Shown here in pieces: positions 50,901-63,300 of a stretch of 64,000 bases of DNA. Below the pieces are notes generated by a model, which was not told where the DNA came from, ran no database searches, and was given only the letters and a program-made list of their open reading frames with translations. Both the position numbers and the translations under genes were made by a program. Positions within the stretch are counted from its first letter, which is position 1, and the number at the start of each line of letters is the position of its first letter. The stretch comes from Lytechinus pictus (Eukaryota): NCBI RefSeq assembly GCF_037042905.1, contig NC_087251.1:7318001-7382000 (forward strand), in the 5' to 3' direction.

Positions 50901-53900
50901 TCAATCTTTGTTATGATGATATTTCAATTTTGTGAACAAGGCAGGATATTGCATGGGCGCAGTGAGAATGTTGTTTGAACTCTGATTGGTATTGATATAT
51001 ATTGACCTGTTCCATGACTATATCAAATAACAAGATAAGGAATAAAGTAATGTTAAATCAATTCACTTGAAGCTTTCTAACGAGTAATTTTTGAACAACA
51101 TATTAAAGGTCAAGTCTACCTCAGAAAAATGTTGATTTGAATCAATAGAGAAAAATCAGACAAGCACATTGCTGAAAATTTCATCAAAATCGGATGTAAA
51201 TTAAGAAAGTTATGACATTTCAAAGTTTCGCTTATTTTTAACAAAATAGTTATATGAACGAGCCTGTTACATCCAAATGAGAGAGTCGATGATGTCACTC
51301 ACTCACTATTTCTTTTGTTTTTTATTGTTTGAATTATACAATATTTCAATTTTTACGAATTTGACGATTAGGACCTCCTTGCCTGAAGCACAAAATGTTA
51401 AAATAATGGAATTCCACGTGTTCAGGGAGGAATGAAACTTCATTTCACATGACAATGACGAGAAAATCAAAATATTTCATATTTCATATGATAAAATACA
51501 AAAGAAATAGTGAGTGAGTGATGTCATCAGTTCCCTCATTTGCATACCGACCGAGATGTGCATATAACTGTTTTGTGAAATGAAGCGAAACTTTAAAATG
51601 TCATAACTTTCTTATTTTACATCCGATTTTGATGAAATTTTCAGTGTTATGCTCGTTGAATTTTTCTCTTTTTATTCAAATCAAGTTTTTGTTGAGGTGG
51701 ACTTGTCCTTTAAGGGCAAGCAATTAATTCCAATCGCTCCCTCCCTCCATACATCAACATGGGGCTCTTCCCTTCCCGAGAGCATTCGCGATGCCCGAGT
51801 AAAAAAGAATATGAAAACATAAGAAACTCATCAAGAAACATAACATCAGTTCTTATGTTCCCTCAAGGAAATCAAGTCTTCTTATTCTGAAAGATGAAAT
51901 AATCCACACTGATACTATAATCCACACTGATAATAAGTAGATATACTCTTGGGTTCGTTCTGCAGTGTTTGTAATGAGCCATTCACTATCAATTTGGGTT
52001 TCGTATCATTAAGGAAATGGGTCGCAGTACGTCCATGCTATCAATTATCAAGAGGGTCAACCCATTTTTGTCTGGATACTGTTTGATGAAAACTGTCTTA
52101 TTTAAAGCATTTTCATCATTTGTATGATTAAGTCTAATGAATGATGATTAATGATAAATACTTTCTAGTGCAATTCGTATTTTGCTTTCTAAATACAAAA
52201 TTCTTATATAATAGGTACTTTCAATGAAGTTTTATCGATTTCTAAATTCCTCATGTACTTTCACTCAAATAATAACAGTTTACAATTATAAAAACGTATG
52301 TAACATATAATTTAAATGCATATATAACCCCCCTTGATTTCTCGTAATTTCCGATACTTGTTCCTTTTGATTACTCAAATCATTCTCTATATTGTAATTA
52401 TATTATAATGTAATAATGTTGACTTCATATTGTGTTGTAGACTATATCAAATAACAAGATAAGGAATAAAGTAATGTTAATCAATTCACTTGAAGCTTTC
52501 TAACGAGTAATTTTTGAACAACCTATTAAGGGCAAGCAATTAATTCCAATCGCCCCCTCCCTCCATACATCAACATGGGACTCTTCCCTTCCCGAGAGCA
52601 TTCGCGATGCCCGAGTAAAAAAGAATATGAAAACACAAGAAACTCATCAAGAAACATAACATCAGTTCTAATGTTCCTTCAAGGAAATCAAGTCTTCTTA
52701 TTATGAAAGATGAAATAATCCACACTGATAATAAGTAGACATACTCTTGGGTTCGTTCTGCAATGTTTGTAATGAGCCATTCACTATCAATTTGGGTTTC
52801 GTATCATTAGGAAATGGGTCGCAGTACGTCCATGTTACCAATTATCAAGAGGGTCAACCCATTTTTGTATGGATACTGTTTGATGAAAACTGTCTTATGT
52901 AAAGCGTTTTCATCATTTGTATGATTAAGTCTAATGAATGATGATTAATAATAAATACCTTCTAGTGCAATTCGTATTTTGCTTTTTAAATACAAACATT
53001 CTTATATCATGTATGTAATAAGTACTTTCAATGAAGTTTTATCAACTTCTAAATTCCTCATGTACTTTCACTCAAATAATAACAGTTTACAATTATAAAA
53101 ACGTATGTAACCTATAAGTTAAAAAACGAAACCGAGATTAAGCGATGATTTATCGCAACTTAATCACAAATACAATAAACAAATGACCTACCAATGTAAA
53201 GCTTAGAATCTCCTCTTTCATCTGATATTACTTAAATTATTCCACATTCACGCATGAGTGAGCAAAACAATTTGAAGAAAGGATACAAAAAACTCATTTG
53301 GCGGGGGGTATCTGAATTTCAAAAAGAAAATCACATGCCTAAAAAGTTCAATATCTGCTCTTTTATTTGATACCTTAATCACAATCGAAACAATGCTTGT
53401 ATTCCCATAATTTCATTAAATAAACGTTTTTTCACCGGTTTCCCACAGAAGCTATCGCATGGTTAACAAAAGATGCATGGCTGATCGTCAACAAAACGGA
53501 GTGTCAAGTGAGTTTGAACGCTAGCCTGTAGAACCTCTTAATTTTATGAAATTATTGAAATTCAAGCCTTATTTAAAATAACCAGAACTTTGTTATTTCT
53601 TGACTATTTTCTGTAATCGAGGTATCAAATTAAAGAGCAGATATTCAACTTTTTAAAAATGTGGTTTTCTTTTTGAAACCCAGATACAGCCCGCCAAATG
53701 ACTTTTTGGTATCCCCTCTTCAAATTGTTTTTGCTAACTCATGCGTGAATGAGAAATAATCTAAGTAATTTCAGATGAAAGAGGAGATTCTAAGCTTTAC
53801 AGTGGTAGGTCATTTGTCTATTTCATTTGTGATTAAGTTATGATAAATCATCGATAAATCTCAGTTTCGTTTTTTTTTGGGGACGCATTGTATAACTCCC

Positions 53901-54516
53901 CCCCCCCTTGATTTCTCGTAATTTGCGATAATTACTCAAATCATTCTCTATATTGTAATTATATTATAATGTAATAATGTTGACTTCATATTGTGTTGTA
54001 TATAATGTGTTTTTATGATTGTTTTATGTATATAATTATGTTTTGTGCAGGGCCCTGGTTGACAACAGTGTGTCAATCACTGAACAGGCTACCCTGGGTA
54101 AAGAAGACGAATCAAATAAAAATAAGTTATCACAATTTCATTATGATGATATAGACGCATTTTGTTAAAAATGATGATAAAGTTTTATTTATATCTTACA
54201 CAATTTTCAGTATACATGTGAAGTATTATATTTAACCAGAAGACTGTTTTCTTATTAATTGAAACTATAATCATTTGATCACTTTTATTTTCATATAACA
54301 GTTGTAATTACCACGTCAGAACAATTGCTTATAGCCAATGTATCAACGTATCCGCACAGATTTACGTCATGCCGTTGGTAATATATTTTTTTTATTCATT
54401 CAATGTACAGATATCTTAATCATCATCATTTATAGTACTTTACTGTTCTTACCTGCAAGATAATCACTCGTGCTTGGTATTCCACTAGAGTTCTCTAAAC
54501 AGTCTAAGGAAGCCAT
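41536..54516 (-). CDS. SLC51A: Organic solute transporter subunit alpha-like (OSTalpha), complete CDS: complement join 54453-54516, 50395-50564, 47034-47107, 45892-46056, 43687-43798, 42647-42899, 41536-41930 (1233 nt, 410 aa)
   Basis: Seven exons, all GT-AG, with consistent phases (1,0,2,2,0,1). Family motifs YYGG, PLTCCCLFLP, K..VLQVAIFKP, KF..IKL...I.NIQ and C..PFS...RA, I.E. Confidence 0.88.
42647..42899 (-). CDS. SLC51A: OSTalpha-like gene 1, exon 6 (MASDRPL...FSNQARAN)
   Basis: TACAG| and |GTAAGT, 253 nt. Confidence 0.9.
43687..43798 (-). CDS. SLC51A: OSTalpha-like gene 1, exon 5 (RSFKWLKIAVLQVAIFKPV...)
   Basis: TACAG| and |GTATTT, 112 nt. Confidence 0.9.
44365..44512. mobile_element. 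Short hAT-like MITE with 5-bp TSD (intronic)
   Basis: CACAT|CAGGGGCCGCGG ... GCGGCCCCTG|CACAT. Confidence 0.8.
45892..46056 (-). CDS. SLC51A: OSTalpha-like gene 1, exon 4 (YYGG...PLTCCCLFLP)
   Basis: TTTTCAG| and |GTATAT, 165 nt. Confidence 0.9.
47034..47107 (-). CDS. SLC51A: OSTalpha-like gene 1, exon 3 (VMSCVVLPGVYSPVSATFCNLVAS)
   Basis: ACAG| and |GTAAGT, 74 nt, phase 0 to 2. Confidence 0.85.
47475..49720 (-). mobile_element. 5'-truncated CR1/L2-group LINE in intron 2 of the OSTalpha-like gene
   Basis: ORF pieces give KASGYDDI, GNYRPISILPAISKIFEK, QYGFR, FIDFAKAFDT, GIPQGSVLGPTLFLLYIND, LFADD and WNHLP. Broken by stops and frameshifts, ends AATAAA(TTCAA)n. Confidence 0.92.
50395..50564 (-). 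CDS. SLC51A: OSTalpha-like gene 1, exon 2 (ISERPVNLTLLIAC...WWMIAVLP)
   Basis: TTCAG| acceptor and |GTAAGT donor, 170 nt, contains a transmembrane segment. Confidence 0.85.
51107..51709. mobile_element. Kolobok-type MITE (TTAA TSD)
   Basis: TTAA|AGGTCAAGTCTACCTCA ... TGAGGTGGACTTGTCCT|TTAA. The empty single-TTAA site is in the duplicate at 52526-52529. Confidence 0.85.
53121..53890. mobile_element. Long palindromic Tc1/mariner-type MITE, left terminus deleted
   Basis: Arms AAAAACGAAACCGAGATT... and ...AATCTCAGTTTCGTTTTTTTTTGGGGACGCATTG|TA. Absent from the first duplicate copy (~52320). Confidence 0.7.
54453..54516 (-). CDS. SLC51A: OSTalpha-like gene 1, coding exon 1 (MASLDCLENSSGIPSTSDYLA)
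   Basis: AAGATGG start context and donor G|GTAAG. Phase 1 matches the next exon. Confidence 0.7.
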
Positions 54517-55272
54517 CTTTATCTCAATTCTCCAGAGTATTAACCACACTAAACATATATTTGCGAAATTTAGTGATGAATAACATATCTGCTATGACTT
54601 TTGTTTGAATCCAATATGCTGATGATGATCAAGTAATTTTTTAGGAAACGATATTTCTCAAAGTTTATTATGTGACTTCTTAAGTTTTCAAGATTTCTTT
54701 AATAAACAGGATATTGATACGTTTATCGCAATACGTAATTATCGTAACATCGCTATGAAAAACCGCAATTTGTTGTGGTGAAGTGATTTTATCATACTAA
54801 ATACAACGTGCAAGGCTGTCAATGATTAATTTAGGTGATTTTAATCACCTTGATCACGTTTTGTCCTTCCATAATTTGATAAGAAAGAATCAGAGTGTAA
54901 CGTTCAAGGATAATCATTAGATAACGGTGATTGACTGGAAAATTAGGGAATTTTGATAGTGATAGAGTAAATAAACATCAATCAGTTTGATCAACTTCCT
55001 CAAATCCATGACTGAATCATACATTTTTAAAGACAAATCCAGCCGAACGCAATGAAATTGTTTAGACATCTCTTACGTGTTGATTTTGGCAACCCGAATC
55101 TTGTCTTAATTTAAACAGATTTGATTTCAAGAAATTAAATTTGTTTGCATGATTGATATACTAGAATACTGTAAATTTTGATATAAGCCTATTTTTATAT
55201 TCTTTCAGGTTTTAACTGTTACGTACACTCTAAAAATGAAGTGATAAATTAGCACTTAAGTAGCTTGCATAG

Positions 55273-55970
55273 CAGGGGCGACGGAACCGGGGGGGGGGGG
55301 CAGGGGGCACTTGCCCCAAAAAATTCCCCATAGGAACAAATCTCCTTTTTCCAAAATGAAATACCCATTTGAAGTAAAACATAATACATTTTGGTTTAGA
55401 AAGTCACAATTATTTTTTGGGCTCGCGCTTCGCGCTTGCATCAATTATTATTAGGTATATATAAGGTATTATTAGGTATATATATATATATATATGTTCA
55501 TGGTTTATACAAAGATGCATAGAATGTCCAATTCTCAGGTTGGAATATATCTCATTTTTGGCTCGTGTTTCGTGCTCGCATCAATTTTGGTATACTCACT
55601 CTGTTCCTAATGATTACAAAAAAGCTTAGTATTTCCAGTTTTCAGGTTAGAACATCCTAAATTTTCAGCTCGGGCATCGCGCTCTCATCATTCGAATGGT
55701 GAGATATGTATCATATTCATGAGTTACAGGCTCTTTTCTGGTCAGTACGTTAATTTCCGCTCGCGCTCGCGTTAATTCTTTAGTGATACACATATTTTTT
55801 TCATGATTACAAAAAATGCTCGGAATTCAATTTATTTTTCATTGCTTTTCATTCGCGCTCGCATTATCTCGCAAGGATAGCGCCATAATTGACCAAAGAG
55901 CGAGTTTTACAACTTCAGATTTGAATTTTTTTCCAAACTGCTCGCTCGCGGAAATACAAAACCTAAATAT
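55273..55970. repeat. Interspersed repeat with GCTCGCGCTTCGCGCTCGC units
   Basis: Starts CAGGGGCGACGGAACC and carries reverse-orientation units of the motif seen at 230-1360. Confidence 0.5.
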
Positions 55971-57277
55971 ATATCTTATCAATCAGAAATCACTTTAAAA
56001 TCACTGTGCTCAACTTAAATACTACAAAACACATAACTTCTTCACACAGATGATAATCTAATGGTAAAAATACATGTTTGCACCAAAATGCCCATTTTGA
56101 CATATAAGTGCCCTTTTTTGGCTTTGCCCCCCCCCCCCAACGAAAATACGTTCCGCCGTCAGGGGGGGGGGGGGCAAGCGAAAACTTTTGTGTAAGGTGA
56201 GGTGGTAGTAGGCATGGACGTATAGGCACAGCTTTTTCAGGGGGGGCTGATTATCATTGCCCAAATATCAACTTCACAGTTTTTTATTTTCGAGCGAGCA
56301 AAGCGAGCGAACATTTTTTCAATTATTATTTAGCCTTTTTACATGATGTGAAACGTGCAGAAATTATACATTCGGTCATAAAATTACCAATACACGAGGT
56401 TATTTAGGCACCTCGCAGTCCTCGTTGCCCTGCATTTTGCAGCCCCCCCCCCCATACACGTTTGGATGTGTAGGTCTGGAAGTGCACTGAAGGTGGTAAA
56501 GGTTACCCAGGGGGTGCCAAATAAAACAGTTGGGATCTGGCTACCACTGATATTTTCTATCGGGCGATTGCACTTTATTGTCGAAATTAATTCTTTTTTT
56601 GTGTGTATCATTCCAAAAATGAAATGTATTGGATTTCTAATCAAGTGGTGATTGCAATGTTTATATTTAAATACTTTTTTATTCCTCTTTGAAGGTGTTT
56701 ACATTATGTTCCAAATTCTGCTCATTTGGAGACGTTATAAAAGAGGTATTTGACATTGAAATCAGTTGTTTTTATGTATTGATTTGCATTTGTTTTATTT
56801 CCATATACACAGTTAAAACAAAAATAGATGCATCCATTCACTCATTAAAAAAATAAATATGAACGTGAAAATATATGATATATCACTATATAATAGGGGA
56901 AAATCACACACTCACTGGCAGGAATGTCAGAAGGTTGAGGGAATTGAAATTGGAGAAAGATAGGTGGACGAAGGGATCGGGAACATAGGATAGAAAGGGG
57001 GGACGGTAATAACCAGAGGAATGTGTAAGCAGGGGTATAGCTAGGCCTTTTCCAGGGGGGGGGGGGTGGAGGCCCTTGATTACCGACAGATATCAGTACC
57101 GATTACCGACGTCCGACGACCAATACTCATCTATGTCCAACCCATGGGCAGTTCCAGGATTTTCAAGGGGGGGGGGACAATTTTGTTTACAAAAATTTTG
57201 ACAAGCCCCACCCCCAAAAGTCTTCTCTTTCACTTGCACGTGCCTAACAATTTACAAAAAATAATATAAAAATAATT

Positions 57278-57672
57278 GCGAGCGCGAAGCGCGAGCTGAA
57301 TTAAAAAAAAAATAGACCTAAAACAATAAATTTTGTTCACTTAATTATGAGTAGGATGGATATCTTCCTTAATAAATTATGCGAGCGCGAAGTGCGAGCT
57401 AAATATTTTATTACTCCGACTTCAGAACTGGATATTCTAAGCACTTTTAGTAACCATGAACAAATTGGTTTCTAACTGAATAATTAATTGATGCGAACGC
57501 GAAGGGCGAGCTGAAAATTTGAGATATTCCCTTCTGAAAAGTGGACATTCTAAGCACCTTATTTTTAAAACTATGAACAAGATGGTAGTTAAAAACAATT
57601 AATTGGTGTGAGCGCGAAATGCGAGCTGAAATTTTTTGATATTTCGACCTGAAAACTTTACATTCTAAGCAC
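57278..57672. repeat. ~110-bp tandem units, same family as 230-1360
   Basis: Four GCGAGCGCGAAGCGCGAGCTGAA...ATTCTAAGCAC-type units. Confidence 0.7.
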
Positions 57673-59842
57673 CTCGGGGACAAGTTAACAAGTCATTTGA
57701 CCTATAATTTTTTTTGTGTGTATCGCTCTTTTATTCTCCCCTCTCTCGCTCACTTTCCCTCACAAAAACGCACACATACACATCTCACTCTCACACACGC
57801 CTTTTTTCAACACACACACACTCACCCTTACACACACAAATGCATACAAAAAACAGTCTCCAGCTTATCTCTTCCCCCTTTCTCTCTTCCTCTTCCACAT
57901 ATCCTGTTCTTTCGCTCTCTCCATCTTTTTCCATAATATAATGATACACTTCTCACATTTGATTGTATCTGCTAACATGTTGATTTAGATTTGTCATCTC
58001 ATTTGTAAACTTCAATTCCTTCGTAAACACTTTGCATTTGAAATGCACCAGTGAAAAGCAAATTTCCCGTATTAATATAAGGTTCTGATTCATTACTATA
58101 ATGGAAATTCAAAGTCAATCCCAGCGTTTGAACTAATTGAATAATGTAGGTGAGGTCAAAATCGGATTGATAAAACGATTATTGTGATATCACTGAAAAT
58201 AATGGCCATGATAGGACATACGTTCGAGCGTAAGACAATCAAACTAAATGCTTTATCATCGTCCTGTTTGAACAATGTTTTATTTGATGAACATTTTCCT
58301 GCTTATGAACACAGCGAATCGCTATGACTCTTGTTTACCCATTATATTGATTACCCCCATTAGTTGGCAACGACCTCCCCCAAAAAAATTAAAAAAAATC
58401 TTCGAGAATAAATCCTACATACCTACACAGATATATTGAAATGATTTAATCTGGAGGAAAATAATTAAATCGTACAAAAACAGCACTTGAAATAAGATGA
58501 TAACGCATTCATCAATAGCCTACCCACTGGTATTTTTCCCCTTTCGCCACGTCATCAATACAGTATTAAAGGCCAAGCTCCAACTAAGAAAACAAATTAT
58601 TTTAATAACTAGTGCAAAATTCATTCTTAAATAATGTTTTTAATGTTCAATATAGTATGTTGTTAAATATTATCAGTTTTTATATATGTAACTTGTATGT
58701 ATTGATTTAATTTGTAATAGGAAGAGTAATATAAAGTATTTATAAAGCGCCAAATCCACATTGATTATGTGTTCAAGGCGCTGAAATATACTTGGTATAT
58801 TATTATTACCCCGGCTGTAGTAATTTAGTAATTCAATATATTTTGTAAAGCGCATAGAGAGTCTTTTGACTATTAAGCGCTATATAAATTTCAATTAAAA
58901 TTATAATTATTATTAAAATCAAACAGGTATAATGCTCAAAATTTGTCAAAATCAGATGTAAGATTAGAAAGCTATATGACATTAAAAATGTATTTAATTA
59001 CTTATTTTCTCAAAACAGTTCTTATAGTTATATGCACAGTTGACAGCCAAATAAGAGAGCCGATGATGTCACACACTCACTATTTATTTTGTATTTTATT
59101 ATAGAATATTTCAATTTTTGCAGGTTTGACATTAAAGGAATCCTTGTTCATTGAACTATAAAAGGTTACAAAAAGACGCAATCCCATGCATATTTCAGGG
59201 AGGAAACATTATAATGGGGAGAATTTCATATTTCACTTTATAAAAACAAAAGAACTTGTAAGTAAGTGATGTCATCATTTCCTCATTAGTGTAGTCAAAA
59301 TACCCACCACAAAAATCTAGGATGCATTCATCAAATATACAATTATTTTTCTCTTGTTTGACAAACATCATATTAACCATCATTTCTTAAACATGAAATA
59401 CTTTCAAAATACATGTACAACAAAATATGGTAAACTAATGTTTTCTTTTAAATTTCATTTATTAAATAAGTTTTTATAGATGTGTTGCATCATGCTTTCA
59501 GAAAGAATTAAGACATTTGGAAAATGCCTTAAGCAACTGATATCCAAACTTATTAAAGGCATCTTCCTTGTATATAACCTTCTCTTATTTTTTAAATAGC
59601 ATTTAAAATCTAAACGTATTGTTGGTGACATAAGTTGTCTCGTATGTCTCAGTTCATACACAAACTTAGTGAACAATAACCGGGACAATAACCTAGCTTA
59701 TTTTTGTTGTAAATTCACAATATTATAATTAGTAATTTTTCAAAGTCATTCTGTTTTAGTTTACTATGAATATGAAACGTCTGCTGTTGTTTTGCATGAT
59801 AATGATAATTACAGCAATAAAAAGAATATAATTACGACCAAG

Positions 59843-60044
59843 CAGTGGCGTAATAAGTCAAATATTTTGAAGGGGCCAGATGTGGCTCATCAGGAAATAT
59901 TGATAAAAAGTTATGAGCAAACGAAGCGAGCGAGTAAAATTTTTTGATATTTTTATCACAAAAATCTATTTTTCCCCTTTTCTTTCTTTTACTTGGTCGT
60001 GAAAATGGGGGGGGGGGGCCCAAGCCCCCATCTGTACGCCACTG
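59843..60044. mobile_element. hAT-type MITE just downstream of the paralog's stop codon
   Basis: CAGTGGCGTA...TACGCCACTG with 8-bp flanks CGACCAAG/CAACCAAG. Confidence 0.7.
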
Positions 60045-60097
60045 CAACCAAGGTAATAAATTTTATGATAGATATTTAATTGCAATGATCAATTAAT

Positions 60098-60393
60098 TCA
60101 CATGGTTATGTAAGAATTAAATCCGATCGAGGATGAGCTTCTTGATTTAGTTAGGGGTAAACTGTCATTGGTTCCTGTTCTTAACCTCTCAACCTGTGGG
60201 TTAGCTGGAGGGGTTCCTCCGTAAAATCCTTCGTAGTTGAATGTTGGATTGAAGTTATCAGTAGGGGCTTTGGTGAACTTGAAACGAGGGATTTCTAGTA
60301 CACCTACCATGTTACCATTCCTGGTACGGAAGTATTTCAGAGCGATTGGGAAGAGAAGCGCGGATTCGACGATCAGAAAGAGACATTGCCAAC
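60098..60393 (-). CDS. SLC51A: OSTalpha-like gene 2 terminal exon (WQCLFLIVESALLFPIALKYFR...YITM*)
   Basis: CACAG| acceptor, open to TGA, homologous to the gene 1 last exon (LFP...Y.R...GN.VG). Confidence 0.87.
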
Positions 60394-63300
60394 CTGTGAG
60401 ATCGTAAGGAGATTGAGATAAAAATTATCTTCAAATAGAAAAAAGGGAGTAGAAGAAAGAAGTTTGAATATTCAACTTCTTTTTTTAATTATGTATGTTA
60501 AAATGATATTATAAGATCTCATTGAAAGTACCCTGTGTAAGAAGATAATAGGTCTACAAATAGTAAAGGGATGTATTTTTGAAAACTGTCTGCATAGATC
60601 ATTGTAGTAGAATGCAGCCTATTTGATCTTTTTAATACTTGTATGCCAAAGCATGACAGTAGGGACCTGGAAACGATTTTTCAACAGGGGGTGCTAGTTT
60701 AAACTTGACAAGCAAAAATAACAAAAACGGGGGTTGCAACAAAAAGAAAGTGATTCACACCCTCGATACAAAATGAAGTTGATTAAAATGTGTGCCACAT
60801 CACGCCACCGCTGTACTAATCACTTAAATCAATCACATGATTTATTGAATTGGTCATGGTAATCTGTATGGAGCTGATATATGACCGATTATGTTATAAA
60901 GAAATATATTGGAGAAATGGAAGAAAATAATGCCGCGTGCCCTTTCACTTTCTTCTTTTTAATTTGGGGGTATGGTATAAATAGTCCATTGAAGAATGGC
61001 AATATAATTGATAAATAATCTTACTACTGCCTCTTGTTTCCCAATCAAATGGCTTGGAACACTTGATGACGTCAGTAAATGTAAGCACATCAAAGAGAAG
61101 AATCTGAATATTACTGAAATACATAGCGAGACCGACGATCACGAATTTAATGGTGATAAAGAAAGCCCTGAGATGTTCTCGTGATGCGAGGAAGAGAATG
61201 ATCAGGGCGATGATGGCGACCAGAGATGATAGAAGAGTGAACAGGTTAAGATAGACGTATGCGTCGTTGATGGTGATCTAAGTTTAAATCAAATAAGTAA
61301 ACTCATTATTTCATTATTTTATTCACTTATTTATTTAATGATTTATGTAACTGGTATCTGTCTATTATTTAACTCATTCATTCAACATTATTCATTACTT
61401 AATTGATTCATTGCATATATGTATGTATTTCTTAATAAATCTATATATTTTTATGTAAGGATCAAGCGCTTACCATATCTCACCCCCCCCCCCCCCCTTA
61501 TGCCTATAAGGGAGTTTCCAGGGTTGTTATTCAGTCAAGGTAAGATTATGCAACTCCTGCAACCATTAATGTCGATAGGTTATAGAAAATACAAGTTCAT
61601 TGCCTTGCTTGTAACTAGAGATGCATTTTTTCAATTATCTGTTTGATACAAATCAAATATTTTGTTAGATACTCTGTTTAGAGTATATTAATTTTTAATT
61701 TGTTCATGAACAAGTTACAGGAATCAATAAATGAAATAAAAATTAATGTATCAAGTTATTTATTGATAACTGACCAAATGATTTAATCTGGACTGGTCTA
61801 TTTACCGTTGCGAAGAATATGCAGAATATATTGATAAAAATATAATATTTTTGAAAACATATATATAGAAAACAATATTACCAATATAAATAGTTATATA
61901 CCATCAATAATGATTATATCAGCAAAGAATATTGTGTCTAGTTTGCATTTAAACTCCTATGTGAGAGTGAATTCAATGCAAAGACGACAGGGATTATCGA
62001 TATCATTTTGAATTATGAACTGTTTATTATTTACGAAGGCTTGCTGAAAAAAAATCTTCATATTTCATTAAGACTGAATTTTCGTGTTTTATGTTAAGAA
62101 AAGTAAGTGTATATCAATGTGAATATGTTTTGACTAATGGAGGAAATAAGACCAGACATTTTCAGTAGAAACGACCCGGATATTCTTTATTATGTTAATA
62201 TTGTTTGTAGACTCTGTAATCTGTTGTTTGGTTATATCTAATTGACAAATATAAAGAGATGAATCGACTAATTATCAAATAAATCAGTTTATGATAACAC
62301 AAAGAAATAATACTTAAAAATCCATACGGCAAAAATCGACAGTAATTCTGCAAAGGTAATAATTCATTCCACTTCATAAATAGATCCACAACTCGTACAA
62401 TTTTCAAAACAATTTCAATTTGGATTTAACGTATGGATTTTGCCAATGTGCTTTATTTTTTTCCAGCCACATCCATCACCTTTATTTTGTGGATAGTAGA
62501 ATTTATCGCATGGATAGTAGAAAGAATTTAGGAGGGGCAAATAAATCCGAAAACAAATTCAAAGGCGAAGTTGTCAGGAAAATAATGGTATATGGGTTTA
62601 GTGTGGATTTCCGATCATTTATTAAAGGTATAGGTATTATATTCAGAAGATTGCAACGTTACCGAACTTGTGTCGTAAGATTCATTCAACCATAGGATGT
62701 CCTCGATGAACAGGACGACAGGGCGAAGTAAAGCCATTTGATATATGCAAATTTTAAGTCGATAAAAGCTCTCCCTGTTTCCATAAAAAGAAAATAACAG
62801 GGAAGTAACTGTCAATTTAGCCATCGTATTATTCCTTCAACCGTGTAGTTAGTTTTAAGATCAAATTTTATACGCATCGTTTCCTGTGATAAAATACTTT
62901 AAGGCCTATTTAACAATTTTTAAATGAATACTTAAGCAGGGACTGATCGGGGATTTTCCAAAGGAGTACATTTTTATTCAGAATACTCTGACAAGCACAA
63001 AAGGGGGATGCGGATGTGCCCACAATAATTTAGTTTTCGCTTTTAGTACGCGGAAACTCTCTACAACGCATCGACTCCTTTGAAAAAGCACACTGGAGAG
63101 CTGAGAGGTTTTTGTCAAAAGTTGGTGGACTGGAACAGCAGATCATCCGAAGATTTGCCGCGGAAGAACAATTGCAAATATGCCGTTGTCCAGAGTCAAG
63201 AGATTTCGATGCTGTTCCGGTCCACCAACTTTGATTTGACTAACATTTTCAAAGGATTGGTGTTGCACTGTAGAGAGATTCCTCCTAGGAAATTCAGACT

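Larger units (their letters stand above)
51016..54000. repeat. Head-to-tail tandem duplication (~0.8 kb unit; 51016-52439 and 52440-54000), each copy with a different TE insertion
   Basis: Both copies start GACTATATCAAATAACAAGATAAGG and end GTTGACTTCATATTGTGTTGTA. Confidence 0.9.
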
